Assembly: GCF_018350175.1 (NCBI RefSeq) | Contig: NC_058368.1 | Location: forward strand, 89,468,001-89,532,000 | Length of the DNA: 64,000 bases | Reading direction: 5' to 3' | Source: Felis catus | Taxonomy: Eukaryota | Shown here: one piece after another, positions 1-12,249 of the stretch | Position numbering within the stretch: the stretch's first letter is position 1 | Layout of the letters: every line of letters begins with the position of its first letter | Notes under the pieces: model-generated | What the model saw: the letters and a program-made list of their open reading frames with translations, nothing else | The model's database searches: none | Told to the model about the DNA's origin: nothing | Program-made: the position numbers and the translations under genes

Positions 1-300
1 TGTAATTATTATATAATGCCCTTCTTCATCTCTTGTTACAGCCTTTAATTTAAAGTCTAGTTTGTCTGATATAAGTATGGCTACTCCAGCTTTCTTTTGG
101 CTTCCAGTAGCATGATAAATAGTTCTCCATCCCCTCACTCTCAATCTAAAGGTGTCCTCAGGTCTAAAATGAGTCTCTTGTAGACAGCAAATAGATGGGT
201 CTTGTTTTTTTATCCATTCTGATACCCTATGTCTTTTGGTTGGCGCATTTAATCCATTTACATTCAGTGTTATTATAGAAAGATACGGGTTGAGAGTCAT
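1..300 (-). CDS. LINE-1 ORF2p N-terminus (APE endonuclease), partial at window edge
   Basis: Mirror of 14121-14420, which encodes MTLNPYLSIITLNVNGLNAPTKRHRV...ICCLQETH. Confidence 0.9.
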   Translation of the reverse strand, partial: MTLNPYLSIITLNVNGLNAPTKRHRVSEWIKKQDPSICCLQETHFRPEDTFRLRVRGWRTIYHATGSQKKAGVAILISDKLDFKLKAVTRDEEGHYIIIT

Positions 301-350
301 TGTGATGTCTGTATGTTTTATGCTTGTAGTGATGTCTCTGGGACTTTGTC

Positions 351-1244
351 TCACAGGGTCCCCCTTAGGATCTCTTGTAGGGCTGGTTTAGTGGTGACAA
401 ATTCCTTCAGTTTTTGTTTGTTTGGGAAGACCTTTATCTCTCCTTCTATTCTAAATGACAGACCTGCTGGATAAAGGATTCTCGGCTGCATATTTTTTCT
501 GTTTAGCACACTGAAGATCTCGTGCCAATTCTTTCTGGCCTGCCAAGTTTCAAAAGAGAGATCAGTCACGAGTCTTATAGGTCTCCCTTTATATGTGAGG
601 GCACGTTTATCCCTTGCTGCTTTCAGAATTTTCTCTTTATCCTTGTATTTTGCCAGTTTCACTATGATATGTCGTGCAGAAGATCGATTCAAGTTAGGTC
701 TGAAGGGAGTTCTCTGTGCCTCTTGGATTTCAATGCCTTTTTCCTTCCCCAGTTCAGGGAAGTTCTCAGCTATAATTTCTTCAAGTACCCCTTCAGCACC
801 TTTCCCTCTCTCTTCCTCCTCTGGGATACCAACTATGCGTATATTATTTCTTTTTAGTGTATCACTTAGTTCTCTAATTTTCCCCTCATACTCCTGGATT
901 TTTTTATCTCTCTTTCTCTCAGCTTCCTCTTTTTCCATAACTTTATCTTCTAGTTCACCTATTCTCTCCTCTGCCTCTTCAAGCCGAGCTGTCGTCGTTT
1001 CCATTTTGTTTTGCATTTCGTTTAAAGCGCTTTTCAGCTCCTCGTGACTGTTCCTTAGTCCCTTGATCTCTGTAGCAAGAGATTCTCTGCTGTCCTCTAT
1101 ACTGTTTTCAAGCCCAGCGATTAATTTTATGACTATTATTCTAAATTCACTTTCTGTTATATTATTTAAATCCTTTTTGATCAGTTCATTAGCTGTTGTT
1201 ATTTCCTGGAGATTCTTCTGAGGGGAATTCTTCCGCTTGGTCAT
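351..1244 (-). CDS. LINE-1 ORF1p (297 aa), intact
   Basis: MTKRKNSPQK... with coiled coil, then RNNIRIVGIPE, RHIIVKL, YKGRPIRL and YPAGLSF ORF1p motifs. The first ATG is at 1244; the ORF track starts at an upstream GTG. Confidence 0.95.
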   Translation of the reverse strand: MTKRKNSPQKNLQEITTANELIKKDLNNITESEFRIIVIKLIAGLENSIEDSRESLATEIKGLRNSHEELKSALNEMQNKMETTTARLEEAEERIGELEDKVMEKEEAERKRDKKIQEYEGKIRELSDTLKRNNIRIVGIPEEEERGKGAEGVLEEIIAENFPELGKEKGIEIQEAQRTPFRPNLNRSSARHIIVKLAKYKDKEKILKAARDKRALTYKGRPIRLVTDLSFETWQARKNWHEIFSVLNRKNMQPRILYPAGLSFRIEGEIKVFPNKQKLKEFVTTKPALQEILRGTL

Positions 1245-2481
1245 TTTGGATAGTCCCTGGAGTGGTGAGGACCTGCAGGGCACTTCCCCTGTGCTGTGGT
1301 GTATAACTGGAGTTGGTGGGCGGGGCCGCAGTCAGACCTGATGTCTGCCCCCAGCCCACCGCTGGGGCCACAGTCAGACTGGTGTGTGCCTTCTCTTCCC
1401 CTCTCCTAGGGGCGGGATTCACTGTGGGGTGGCCTGGCCCATCTGGGCTACTTGCACACTGCCAGGCTTGTGATGCTGGGGATCTGGCGTATTAGCTGGG
1501 GTGGGTAGGCAAGGTGCACGGGGGCAGGAGGGGCAGGCTTAGATCGCTTCTCCTTAGGTGATCCACTTCAGGAGGGGCCCTGTGGCAGCGGGAGGGAGTC
1601 AGATCCGCTGCCGGAGGTTTGGCTCCGCAGAAGCACAGAGTTGGGTGTTTGCGCGGAGCGAGCAAGTTCCCTGGCAGGAACTGGTTCCCTCTGGGATTTT
1701 GGCTGGGGGATGGGCGGGGGAGATGGCACTGGCGAGTGCCTTTGTTCCCCACCAAACTGAGCTCTGTCGTCCAGGGGCTCAGCAGCTCTCCCTCCCTTTG
1801 TCCTCCAGCCTTCCCGCTTTCCGAGCAGAGCTGTTAACTTATGACCTCCCAGACGCTAAGTCGCGCTTGCTGTCGGAACACAGTCCGTCAGGCCCCTCCG
1901 CTTTTGCCAGCCAGACTCGGGGGCTCTGCTTGGCCGGCGAGCCGTCCCTCCGCCCCGGCTCCCTCCCGCCAGTCCGTGGAGCGTGCACCGCCTCGCCGTC
2001 CTTCCTACCCTCTTCCGTGGGCCTCTCGTCTGCGCTTGGCTCCGGAGATTCCGTTCTGCTAATCCTCTGGCGGTTTTCTGGGTTATTTAGGCAGGTGTAG
2101 GTGGAATCTAAGTGATCAGCAGGACGCACGGTGAGCCCAGCGTCCTCCTACGCCGCCATCTTCCCTCTCTCCTCGCCAAAATAATTTCACTGAAACGAGG
2201 ATTATTTTCAGTTCCCCATATAGGGCGATCTGGAGAGGAGAGCTTGATCCAGCGAGACCAGATAGAATGTTCTAACAAAACCAGGGAACATAGAGCAACC
2301 AGAAGGCTTCAGGTTGACTGGAAATGTCCACCAGGCACATGGGCAGATGGGTATCTGTTTTGAATTTATTCCTGACTCCCCTCCAGAGTAATTAACAGGC
2401 GTTATCTACCCAAGGAATGGAACAAATAGGAAGTTCAGGTTCTAAGGAGCTGCCTTGTTTGTGCCAGTGGCCCCACGCTAG

Positions 2482-2706
<225 letters not shown>

Positions 2707-2753
2707 TGATGCCTAACTGCACTGAGGCAGCGGTGAGATACCGGGGAGAGAGC

Positions 2754-3765
2754 TGCATTTATTTTTATTTATTTACTTGTTTAATACAAGTTAGTTAACA
2801 TATGGTGCAGTAATGGTTTCAGGAGTAGAATCCAGTGACTCATCATTTTTATATAACACCCAGTGCTCATTCAAACAAGTGCCCTCCTTAATGCCATCAC
2901 CCATTTAGCCAGTCTGCCCTCCAACCTACTATCCAGCAGCCCTCAGTTTGTTCTCTGTAATTAAGAGTCTCTGTTCTTACCTTATATTTCCTTCCCTTCC
3001 CTATGTTCATCTGGATGAAATCATATGGTATTTGTCTTTCTCTGACTGACTTATTTCACTTAGCATAATACATTCTAGTTCCATTCACGTTGCAAATGGC
3101 AAAATTTTCAATCTTTTTCATCACCCAGTAGTATTCCATTGCATATGTATACCATATTTTCTTTATCCATTTAGCAGTCAATGGACATTTGACTGCTGAA
3201 TCAAACTATTGTTGATATTGTTGACATTGCTACTATAAACACTGGGGTGCATGTGCCCCTTCAATTCAGCATTTTTGTATCCTTTAGATAAATACCTAGT
3301 AGTGCAATTTCTGGATCATAAGTTAACTCTACTTTTAATTTTTTGAGAAAACTCCACACGGTTTTCCAGAGTGGTTGCTTCAGTTTGCATTCCCACCAAC
3401 AATACAAAAGTGTTCCCCTTTCTCCACCTTCTCTCCAACAACTGTTTTTTCCTGAAGTGTTAATTTTAGCCATTCTGACAGGTATGAAATGGTAGTATCA
3501 TATTGTGATTTTTATTTGTATTTCTCTGATGATGAGTATGTGAGCATCTTTTCATGTGTCTGTTAGTCATCTGGATGTCTTCTTTGGAAAACAATCAACA
3601 AATCTAAAAGGCAAACAACAGAATTGGAGAAGATATTTACAAATGACATATCAGATAAAGGGTTAGTATCCAAAATTTATAAAGAACTTATCAAATGCAA
3701 CATCCCATAAAACAAATAATCCAGTAAAGAAATAGGCAGAAGACATTTTGTATTTATTTTTATTT
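2754..3765 (-). mobile_element. Older 5'-truncated L1 with twin-priming 5' inversion
   Basis: L1 3' end on minus (2771-3590) plus an inverted ORF2 piece on plus (3586-3746). Flanked by TSD tg(c/t)atttatttttattt at 2754-2770 and 3749-3765. Confidence 0.85.
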
Positions 3766-5990
3766 GTCTCCATGTATTTTTTTATTTCCTCTTTGATTTC
3801 TTGGTTGACCCATTCATTGTGTAGTAGCATGTTATTTAACCTCCTTGTATTTGTGGCCCTTAGAGGTTTTTCTTGTGATTGATTTCTAGTATCATAGCAC
3901 TGTGTGCAGAAAAGATGCATGGTATGAGTTTGATCTTTTAAATTTGTTAACTCTTCTTTTGTGGTCTAATATGTAGTCTGTTCTGGAGAAAGTTCCATGT
4001 GTGCTTGAAAAGAATGTGTATTCCACTGTTTAGAGATGGAATATTCTAAATATATCAGTTAAATCCATCTGGTCCAATGTGTCACTTAATGCCACAGTTT
4101 TCTTATTGGTTTTCTATTTGGATGATTTGTCTGTTGATGTAAGTGGTCATTAAAGTTCCCTACTATTATTATATTATTATCAAATAATTCCTTTATGTTT
4201 TTTATTAACAGTTTAATGTATTTGGGTGTTCCATATTGGGTGCATAAATATTTATAATGTTCATATCTCCTTGTTGATTGTTTTGTTTGTGATTATATGT
4301 TGTTTGCTTCTTATTATAGTCCTAGTTGTAAAGTCTATTTTGTCTGACATAAGTATTAATATACCAACTTTCTCTTTGCATTCATTTGCATTATAAATGC
4401 TTTTCCATCCCTTTACTTTCAATCTTCATGTGTCTTTAAGAAATGAATCTCCTTGGCACAAAAACAGACACATAGACCAATGGAATAGAATTTGAACTCC
4501 AGAACTAGACCCACAAACGTATGGCCAACTCATCTTTGACAAAGCAGGAAAGAACATCCAATGGAAAAAAGACAGCCTCTTTAACAAATGGTGCTGGGAG
4601 AACTGGACAGCAACATGCAGAAGGTTGAAACTAGACCACTTTCTCACACCATTCACAAAAATAAACTCAAAATGCATAAAGGACCTAAATGTGAGACAGG
4701 AAACCATCAAAACCCTAGAGGAGAAAGCAGGAAAAGACCTCTCTGACCGCAGCCGTAGCAATCTCTTACTCGACACATCCCCAAAGGCAAGGGAAATAAA
4801 AGCAAAAGTGAATTACTGGGACCTTATGAAGATAAAAAGCTTCTGCACAGCAAAGGAAACAACCAACAAAACTAAAAGGCAACCAACGGAATGGGAAAAG
4901 ATATTTGCAAATGACATATCGGACAAAGGGCTAGTATCCAAAATCTATAAAGAGCTCACCAAACTCCACACCGGAAAAACAAATAACCCAGTGAAGAAAT
5001 GGGCAGAAAACATGAATAGACACTTCTCTAAAGAAGACATCCGGATGGCCAACAGGCACATGAAAAGATGTTCAGCGTCGCTCCTTATCAGGGAAATACA
5101 AATCAAAACCACACTCAGATATCACCTCACGCCAGTCAGAGTGGCCAAAATGAACAAATCAGGAGACTATAGATGCTGGTGAGGATGTGGAGAAACGGGA
5201 ACCGTCTTGCCCTGTTGGTGGGAATGCAAATTGGTGCAGCCGCTCTGGAAAGCAGTGTGGAGGTTCCTCAGAAAATTAAAAATAGACCTACCCTATGACC
5301 CAGCCATAGCACTGCTAGGAATTTATCCAAGGGATACAGGAGTACTGATGCATAGGGGCACTTGTACCCCAATGTTCATAGCAGCACTCTCAACAGTAGC
5401 CAAATTATGGAAAGAGCCTAAATGTCCATCAACTGATGAATGGATAAAGAAATTGTGGTTTATATACACAATGGAATTCTACGTGGCAATGAGAAAAAAG
5501 GAAATATGGCCTTTTGTAGCAACGTGGATGGAACTGGAGAGTGTGATGCTAAGTGAAATAAGCCATACAGAGAAAGGCAGATACCATATGGTTTCACTCT
5601 TATGTGGATCCTGAGAAACTTAACAGGAACCCATGGGGGAGGGGAAGGAAAAAAAAAAAGAGGTTAGAGTGGGAGAGAGCCAAAGCATAAGAGACTGTTA
5701 AAAACTGAGAACAAACTGAGGGTTGATGGTGGGTGGGAGGGAGGGGAGGGTGGGTGATGGGTATTGAGGAGGGCACCTTTTGGGATGAGCACTGGGTGTT
5801 GTATGGAAACCAATTTGTCAATAAATTTCATAAAAAAAAAATAAAAAAATAAAAAGTGGGTAGTGAAAAAAAAAAGAAAGAAATGAATCTCTTATCAACA
5901 GTGTATAGAGGATTTTTGTCTTTTTATCCATTCTGTCACCCTATGTCTATATATTGGAGCATTAGTTTATTTACATTCAAAGTAATTAAT
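3766..5990 (-). mobile_element. Old degenerate L1 ORF2 (endonuclease region), split by the younger L1 at 4452-5877
   Basis: Minus-strand remnant LNNMLLHNEWVNQEIKEEIKKYMETN; the sequence resumes after the TSD at 5891. Confidence 0.8.
4452..5877 (+). mobile_element. Young 5'-truncated L1 (last ~1.4 kb) with poly(A) and short 3' extra sequence
   Basis: ORF2 C-terminus ([15 protein letters not shown]...[13 protein letters not shown]...LLCGS*) and G-rich 3'UTR. 14-bp TSD aagaaatgaatctc at 4438-4451 and 5878-5891. Confidence 0.95.
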
Positions 5991-6725
5991 GAAATCAGGA
6001 GCATGTTCTTTGAAAAAATAATTCACACATATATGCAGATTAAATAACATGTCCCTAAAGAATCAGTGGGCCAAGAGAAAATCAAAAGACAAATGAAAAA
6101 TACCCTAAAACAAACAAAAATGGACACACCATATACTGAAATGTAAGGGTTGCAGTAAAGGAAGTTCAAAGAGGAAATTTTAGAGTGATAAATCCCTACA
6201 TTAAGAAAAGGTAAACATCTCAAAAAAAAGTATAACTTTCTGCCTCAAAGAAAAGGAAAATAAGAAATAGCAGTCAAAAACAAACAGAAGAACAGACATA
6301 AACATCACAAAACAAATAAATGAATTAAAGACAAGAAAAACAACAGAAAATACTGATATAACTAGGGGCTAGTTTTGTAAAATGATACAGAAAATGGACA
6401 AATCTTTAATTAAAGAAAAATAAAGAGTAAACAAAACTGGAAACTATTGAAAACAAAAATACAAAAGATATATGCCAACAGACTGGATTATCTAAGTGAA
6501 ATTGACAAGTTCCTGGAAATATGCAACTACCAAAACTGACTCAGGGAGACATTTAAAAATCTAAACAGACTGATAATGATGGACTTTGAATAAGTAATCA
6601 GTTCTCTCAATATAGAGTATCCCAGGACTATATTGCTTCACTGGTTAATTCTACCAAACATTAAAAGAAGAATTAATAACAATTCTTCTCTAACTCTTCT
6701 AAGAAAATTGATATCAGGAAACATT
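5991..6725 (+). mobile_element. Old degenerate L1 ORF2 fragments
   Basis: A-rich sequence resembling the L1 ORF2 linker/RT-proximal region (e.g. cccaggac...gcttcactggttaattctaccaaaca). Confidence 0.7.
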
Positions 6726-6734
6726 TTCTTTCGT

Positions 6735-7145
6735 TCTTCTTAATGAAATTTGTTGTCAAATTGGCTTCCATACAACACCCAGTGTTCACCCCAACAAGTG
6801 CCCTCCTCAATGCCCATCACCCACTTTCCCCTCTCCCCCATCCTCCATCAACCCTCAGTTTGTTCTCTGTATTTAAGAGGCTCTTATGGTTGGCCTTCCT
6901 CCTTCTCTGTAACTTTTTTTTCCTTCCCTTCTTACATGGTCTTCTGCTAAGTTTCTCAATATCCACACATCCTCACTATCACAGATGAGTGAAAACATAT
7001 GGTTATCTGTTTTTCTCTGACATATTTCACATAGCATAATACCCTCCAGTTCCATCCACGTTGCTGAAAATGGCCAGATTTTATTCTTTCTCATTGCCAA
7101 GTAGTATTCCATTGGATATATAAACCACATCTTCTTTATCCATTG
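6735..7145 (-). mobile_element. L1 3' end fragment
   Basis: Minus-strand WFIYPMEYYLAMRKNKIWPF and felid-type L1 3'UTR. Confidence 0.9.
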
Positions 7146-7179
7146 CAGTTTTTATCTTTTATCTTGATGAGGTCCCATT

Positions 7180-8240
7180 AGACAGATATATTTAGAATCT
7201 ACATCCTAGAGCAGCAGTATATACTTTCTTCTCAAGTGCACATGGAACATTCTCCAAGATAGATCACATACTGGGTCACAAAACAGCCTTCAGTACATAT
7301 AAAAGAATTGAGATCATACCATGCACATTTTCAGATTACAATGTTATGAAATGAAATCAATCACAGGACTGGCACATGAAAAGATGCTCAACGTCACTCC
7401 TCATTAGGGAAATACAAATCGAAACCACACTGAGATATAAATCAAAACCGCCTCACGCCAGAGTGGCTAAAATGAACAAATCAGGAGGCTATAAATGCTG
7501 GCGAGGATGTGGAGAAACAGGAACCCTCTTGCAGTGTTGGTGGGAATGCAAACTGGTGCATCCGCTCTGGAAAACAGTGTGGAGGTTCCTCAAAAAATTA
7601 AAACTAGAGCTACCCTATGACTCAGCAATAGCACTGCTAGGAGTTTACCCAGGGGTACAGGAGTGCTGATGCATAGGGGCACTTGTACCCCAATGTTTAT
7701 AGCAGCACTTTCAACAATAGCCAAATTATGGAAAGAGCCTAAATGTCCATCAACTGATGAATGGATAAAGAAGTTATGGTTTATATATACAATAGAATAC
7801 TACTGGGCAATAAGAAAGAATGAAATATGGCCTTTTGTAGAAACATGGATGGAACTGGAGAGTGTTATGCTAAGTGAAATAAGTCATACAGAAAAAGACA
7901 GATACCATATGTTTTCACTTTTATGTGGATCCTGAAAAACTTAACAGAAGACCATGAAGGAAGGGAAGGGGAAAAAAAGTTACAGAGAGGCAAGGAGGCA
8001 AACCATAAGAGACTCTTAAAAACTGAGAATAATCTGAGGGTTGATGAGGGGTGGGAAGGAGGGGAGGGTGGGTGATGGGCATTGAGGAGGGCACCTGTTG
8101 GGATGAGCACTGGGTGTGGTATGGAAACCAATTTGACAATAAATTTCATATTTAAAAAAAATAAAAAGAAAATTCAGAAAAAATAAAATAAAAATAAAAT
8201 AAAGTAATAAAATAATAAAATAAAATACAAACTTGTCATA
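7180..8240 (+). mobile_element. Internally deleted or rearranged L1 (endonuclease piece joined to the 3' end) with A-rich tail
   Basis: 7180-7368 resembles 14648-14838. At 7369-7375 it jumps to the HMKRCS region, then runs through the ORF2 C-terminus, 3'UTR and A-rich tail. Confidence 0.85.
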
Positions 8241-8244
8241 AAAA

Positions 8245-8566
8245 AACAGGTTTGAAGTGCATTAGACTACTTATATGTGGATTTTTAAAAGTACAATACT
8301 GTGAATGTATTTCTAGATTTGTAAGTGTATTCTTTATGATTTTCTTCATAACATTTTTCTTCTCTAGATTTCTTTATCATAAGAATACAGTATGTAATGC
8401 ATGTAATATACAAAATATGTTTTAAGTGACTATGTTATTGGTAAAGCCTCTGACCAACAGTAGGCAAATAGCAGTAAAGTTTAGGGGAGTCAAAATTTAT
8501 ATGCAGATATTTGACTGCATGGGGGTTCAGTGCCCCAAGCACTATGTTGTTCAAGAGTCACTTGTA
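8245..8566. mobile_element. Tigger2-type (TcMar-Tigger) non-autonomous DNA transposon relic
   Basis: Resembles Tigger2a termini as recalled (ggtttgaactg...cacttata...ggatttt; ...gttgttcaagggtcaactg). Paralogous copy at ~33703-34034. Confidence 0.65.
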
Positions 8567-9619
8567 CTGCAAAATGACCACCACAGCAAGTCTAGTTAAC
8601 ATCCATCACCACACATAGTTACAACTTTTTTCTTGTGACAAGACTTTAGTATCTACTCTCTTAGCAACCTCAGAGGTACAATATACTATTATTAACTATC
8701 ATCACCTTTCTGTACACTGCATCCACAGGACTTATTATTTTATAACAGAAGTTTATACCTTTTGACTCTTTTCACCCATTTTACCTACCTCCAACCCCTC
8801 TTTTAGCAACCACCAACCTATTCTTTGTATCAATGGTTCTTTTTTATATACCACATATAAGTGAGATCACACAGTTTTTGTCTTTATCTGACTTATATTA
8901 GGTTCTATTCATGTTGTCTTAAATGGCAAGATTTCCTTTTTACTGACTGAATAATATTCCATTGTGAATAAGATCCATTTATATAAATATTTGTACATAA
9001 ATGTATATATGCATTTTTATTCATTCATTTATCGATAGTCTGCATATTTCTTTTAGGAAATTAAAGTAATAAAAAGATTATTTCCCAAAAAAACTTGCCA
9101 TTACATCAGTCACTTTCTCTGTATCTTTGTCATTCTACCCTGGTGCAGTGAATGAATTGCCAAGGCTCTTTATCATAGCTAATCCATCCATTTGTGCAAT
9201 AAATCTGGAGCTCTCTTTTCTGCTTAAGACTCCAAACTTTCATTATTCTTCTCTCTTACACCCATTATCAAAATTTCCCTATCAACATGCAGATGTAGTG
9301 TATTTCTTGTACATTTCTTGAGTCATTTCTACCCTTCATTTGAGCAATATTCCTGAAGTAATTATCTCTCTCTCTCTCCAATTTCTCACATCTCATTTGC
9401 TCTTGATCCCAGAATGTAGTAGACAGAAAAATACCTGTGAGTTTTTCCCTATGTAGACATTGTAATGTGTTTCTTTCCATCCTTTGAATATGGTTTAGCC
9501 TTTGACTTGCTTTGCCATTCACTGTGGAGCAAACATAACACAAACAGAATCTTGATAAATGCCTTCATGTGGGGCTTCATGTGTGAAACATCCTAGCTTA
9601 TTAGGTTATTAGAAAATGA

Positions 9620-9846
9620 GGGGCACCTGGGTGGCACAGCAAGTTAAATATCCAACTTCAGCTCAGGTCATGATCTCCCAGTTCATGGGTTCAAGCCCTG
9701 CATTGGGCTCTGTGCTGACAGCTCAGAGCCTGGAGCCTGATTTTGATTCTGTGTCTCCCTTTCTCTGTGCCCCTACCATACCAGTGCGCTCGCTCTCTCT
9801 CTCTCTCTCTCTCAAAATAAATAAACATCATAAAAAGGAAAAAAAG
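9620..9846 (+). mobile_element. CanSINE
   Basis: tRNA-derived head ggggcacctgggtggc, (CT)n and A tail. Confidence 0.9.
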
Positions 9847-9854
9847 GAAACAAA

Positions 9855-10790
9855 ATATGCTCTATATCACTAATCACTAGGGAAACGCAAATCAAAACCA
9901 CTATCAAATATAACCTTACACCTGTTAAAATGGCTCAAATAAAAAACATAAGAAGTAACAAGTGTTGGTGAAGATGTGGAGAAAAAGAAACCTTTGTACA
10001 CTATTGGTGGGAATAGTGAATATAATGTGAATTGTGAATGCAGCCACTTTGGAAAACAGTATGGAGGTGCTCAAAAAATTAAAAATAGAAATTCTACTTG
10101 ATCCAATAATTCCACTATTGGATATTTACTTTGAGAAAACAAAAATGCTAACTCAAGCTTACAAGCTCGAGATCAAGAGTTGCATGTTTTACTGACTGAG
10201 CCAGCCAGGTACACCCAAAGACACTAATTCAAAGAGATATTCACTCTCATGTTTATTGTACCATTATTTACAATAGCCAAAATATGGAAATATATATGTA
10301 TTTATAGTAGAATATGCTATATTATGCAGCAGTGAAAATGAATGACATTTTGCCATTTGTGCAACATGGATGGACCTAGAGGGTATTACGCTAAATGAAA
10401 TAAGTCAGTCGGATAAAGACAAATGTCATATGATTTTGTTCATATGTGGAATATTAAAAAAAAAACAAATGAATAAACAAACAACAGAAAAAAGAATCCA
10501 ACCCATAAATACAGAGAACAAATTGTAGGTTGCCAGAGGGAAGGGTTGTCGGGGGATGGGCAAAATGGGAGAAGTAAGTGGGAGATACAGGCTTCTAGTT
10601 ATGGAATGAAAAAGTCATGGTGATAAAACGCACAGAACGAGGAATATATTCAATGATGTTGTATAGTGTTGTAGGGTGACAGATGGTATTTACACTTGTG
10701 GTGAGTATAACATAACATATGGAGATGTTGGATCACCTGAAACTATGTAGGATTGTGTGTCAACTCTACTTAAACAAAAAATTGTTTATT
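9855..10790 (+). mobile_element. Older carnivore L1 3' end (with SINE fragment ~10160-10215)
   Basis: Degenerate ORF2 C-terminus and 3'UTR. Confidence 0.8.
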
Positions 10791-11714
10791 TGGAAATGTG
10801 TTTATTTTGCATTCAAAGACTGGTAGGTATTGCTGCTAATAGACCTACCCTACAAGAAATTTTAAAGAAAATACTACAGGTTTAATAGAAATGACACCAA
10901 GTCGTCACTCAAATACACATGAAGAAAGGAAAAGAAAAAAAAAAAGCATTGGGTAAATACTACTGTGTAAGTAAAACAAAAGACAATCCAAATACATTTT
11001 TTTCTTTGTTTCTCTAAACTAATCTAAAGAAAATTGTATAAAGCAATACTAATAAAACTACAATGTTGGGCTTAAATGAATATATAACTTGTAAGGCCAA
11101 AAAGTAGAAAGCATTGAAGAAGGAATGGAGTGATGTTAGAGCAAAGTTTTCATATTTTATTGGAATAAAGTGATAACATCTGATAAATTCTGATAGATAC
11201 ATTTTGAATGCCTACAGCAAAAGCTAAGAAAATGGCAAGAAAAGACAGTGTAAACTTCAAGAAAGTTGTTATAATGATATATTACAACATAAGAAATTTA
11301 AAAAATAATTTGCCATTTTATACAGTAATAGGCAGATAACAGAACAAGGTTCAAAAATATTTTGCTGAACAAAAGAAGCCAAATACAAAAGTTGTTTTCA
11401 TTCATACAAAGATCAAGAAAAAGCAAACTTAGTCTATTTGGATGGAAATCATAATAGTGGAGGATAGAGATAAAAATGGTTGTTTGAGGGGGACTAATAA
11501 ACTGCAAAATGACAAGAGAATCCTTCTATAGTAGTGGTCATTCACTATACATAGTTCAAGTTACATTTGTCAAAAAATGACTAATACATTTGGAAATAAA
11601 AGCTGTATACTTATAATCTATATATTTGACTGAATGTGAATCACATTTCTTAAAAACACTGAGTGTACCTCTCTCCCTGGTATCTCACCGCTGCCTCAGT
11701 GCAGTTAGGCATCA

Positions 11715-11939
<225 letters not shown>

Positions 11940-12249
11940 CTAGCGTGGGGCCACTGGCACAAACAAGGCAGCTCCTTAGAACCTGAACTTCCTATTTGTT
12001 CCATTCCTTGGGTAGATAATGCCTGTTAATTACTCTGGAGGGGAGTCAGGAATAAATTCAAAACAGATACCCATCTGCCCATGTGCCTGGTGGACATTTC
12101 CAGTCAACCTGAAGCCTTCTGGTTGCTCTATGTTCCCTGGTTTTGTTAGAACATTCTATCTGGTCTCGCTGGATCAAGCTCTCCTCTCCAGATCGCCCTA
12201 TATGGGGAACTGAAAATAATCCTCGTTTCAGTGAAATTATTTTGGCGAG

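Larger units (their letters stand above)
8245..9846 (-). repeat. Inverted segmental duplicate of V1R intron segment ~32190-34015
   Basis: Colinear reverse-complement match that includes unique sequence (ORF-track peptides 9127-9321 + and 32712-32906 - are near identical) and a shared CanSINE; about 90% identity by eye. Confidence 0.92.
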
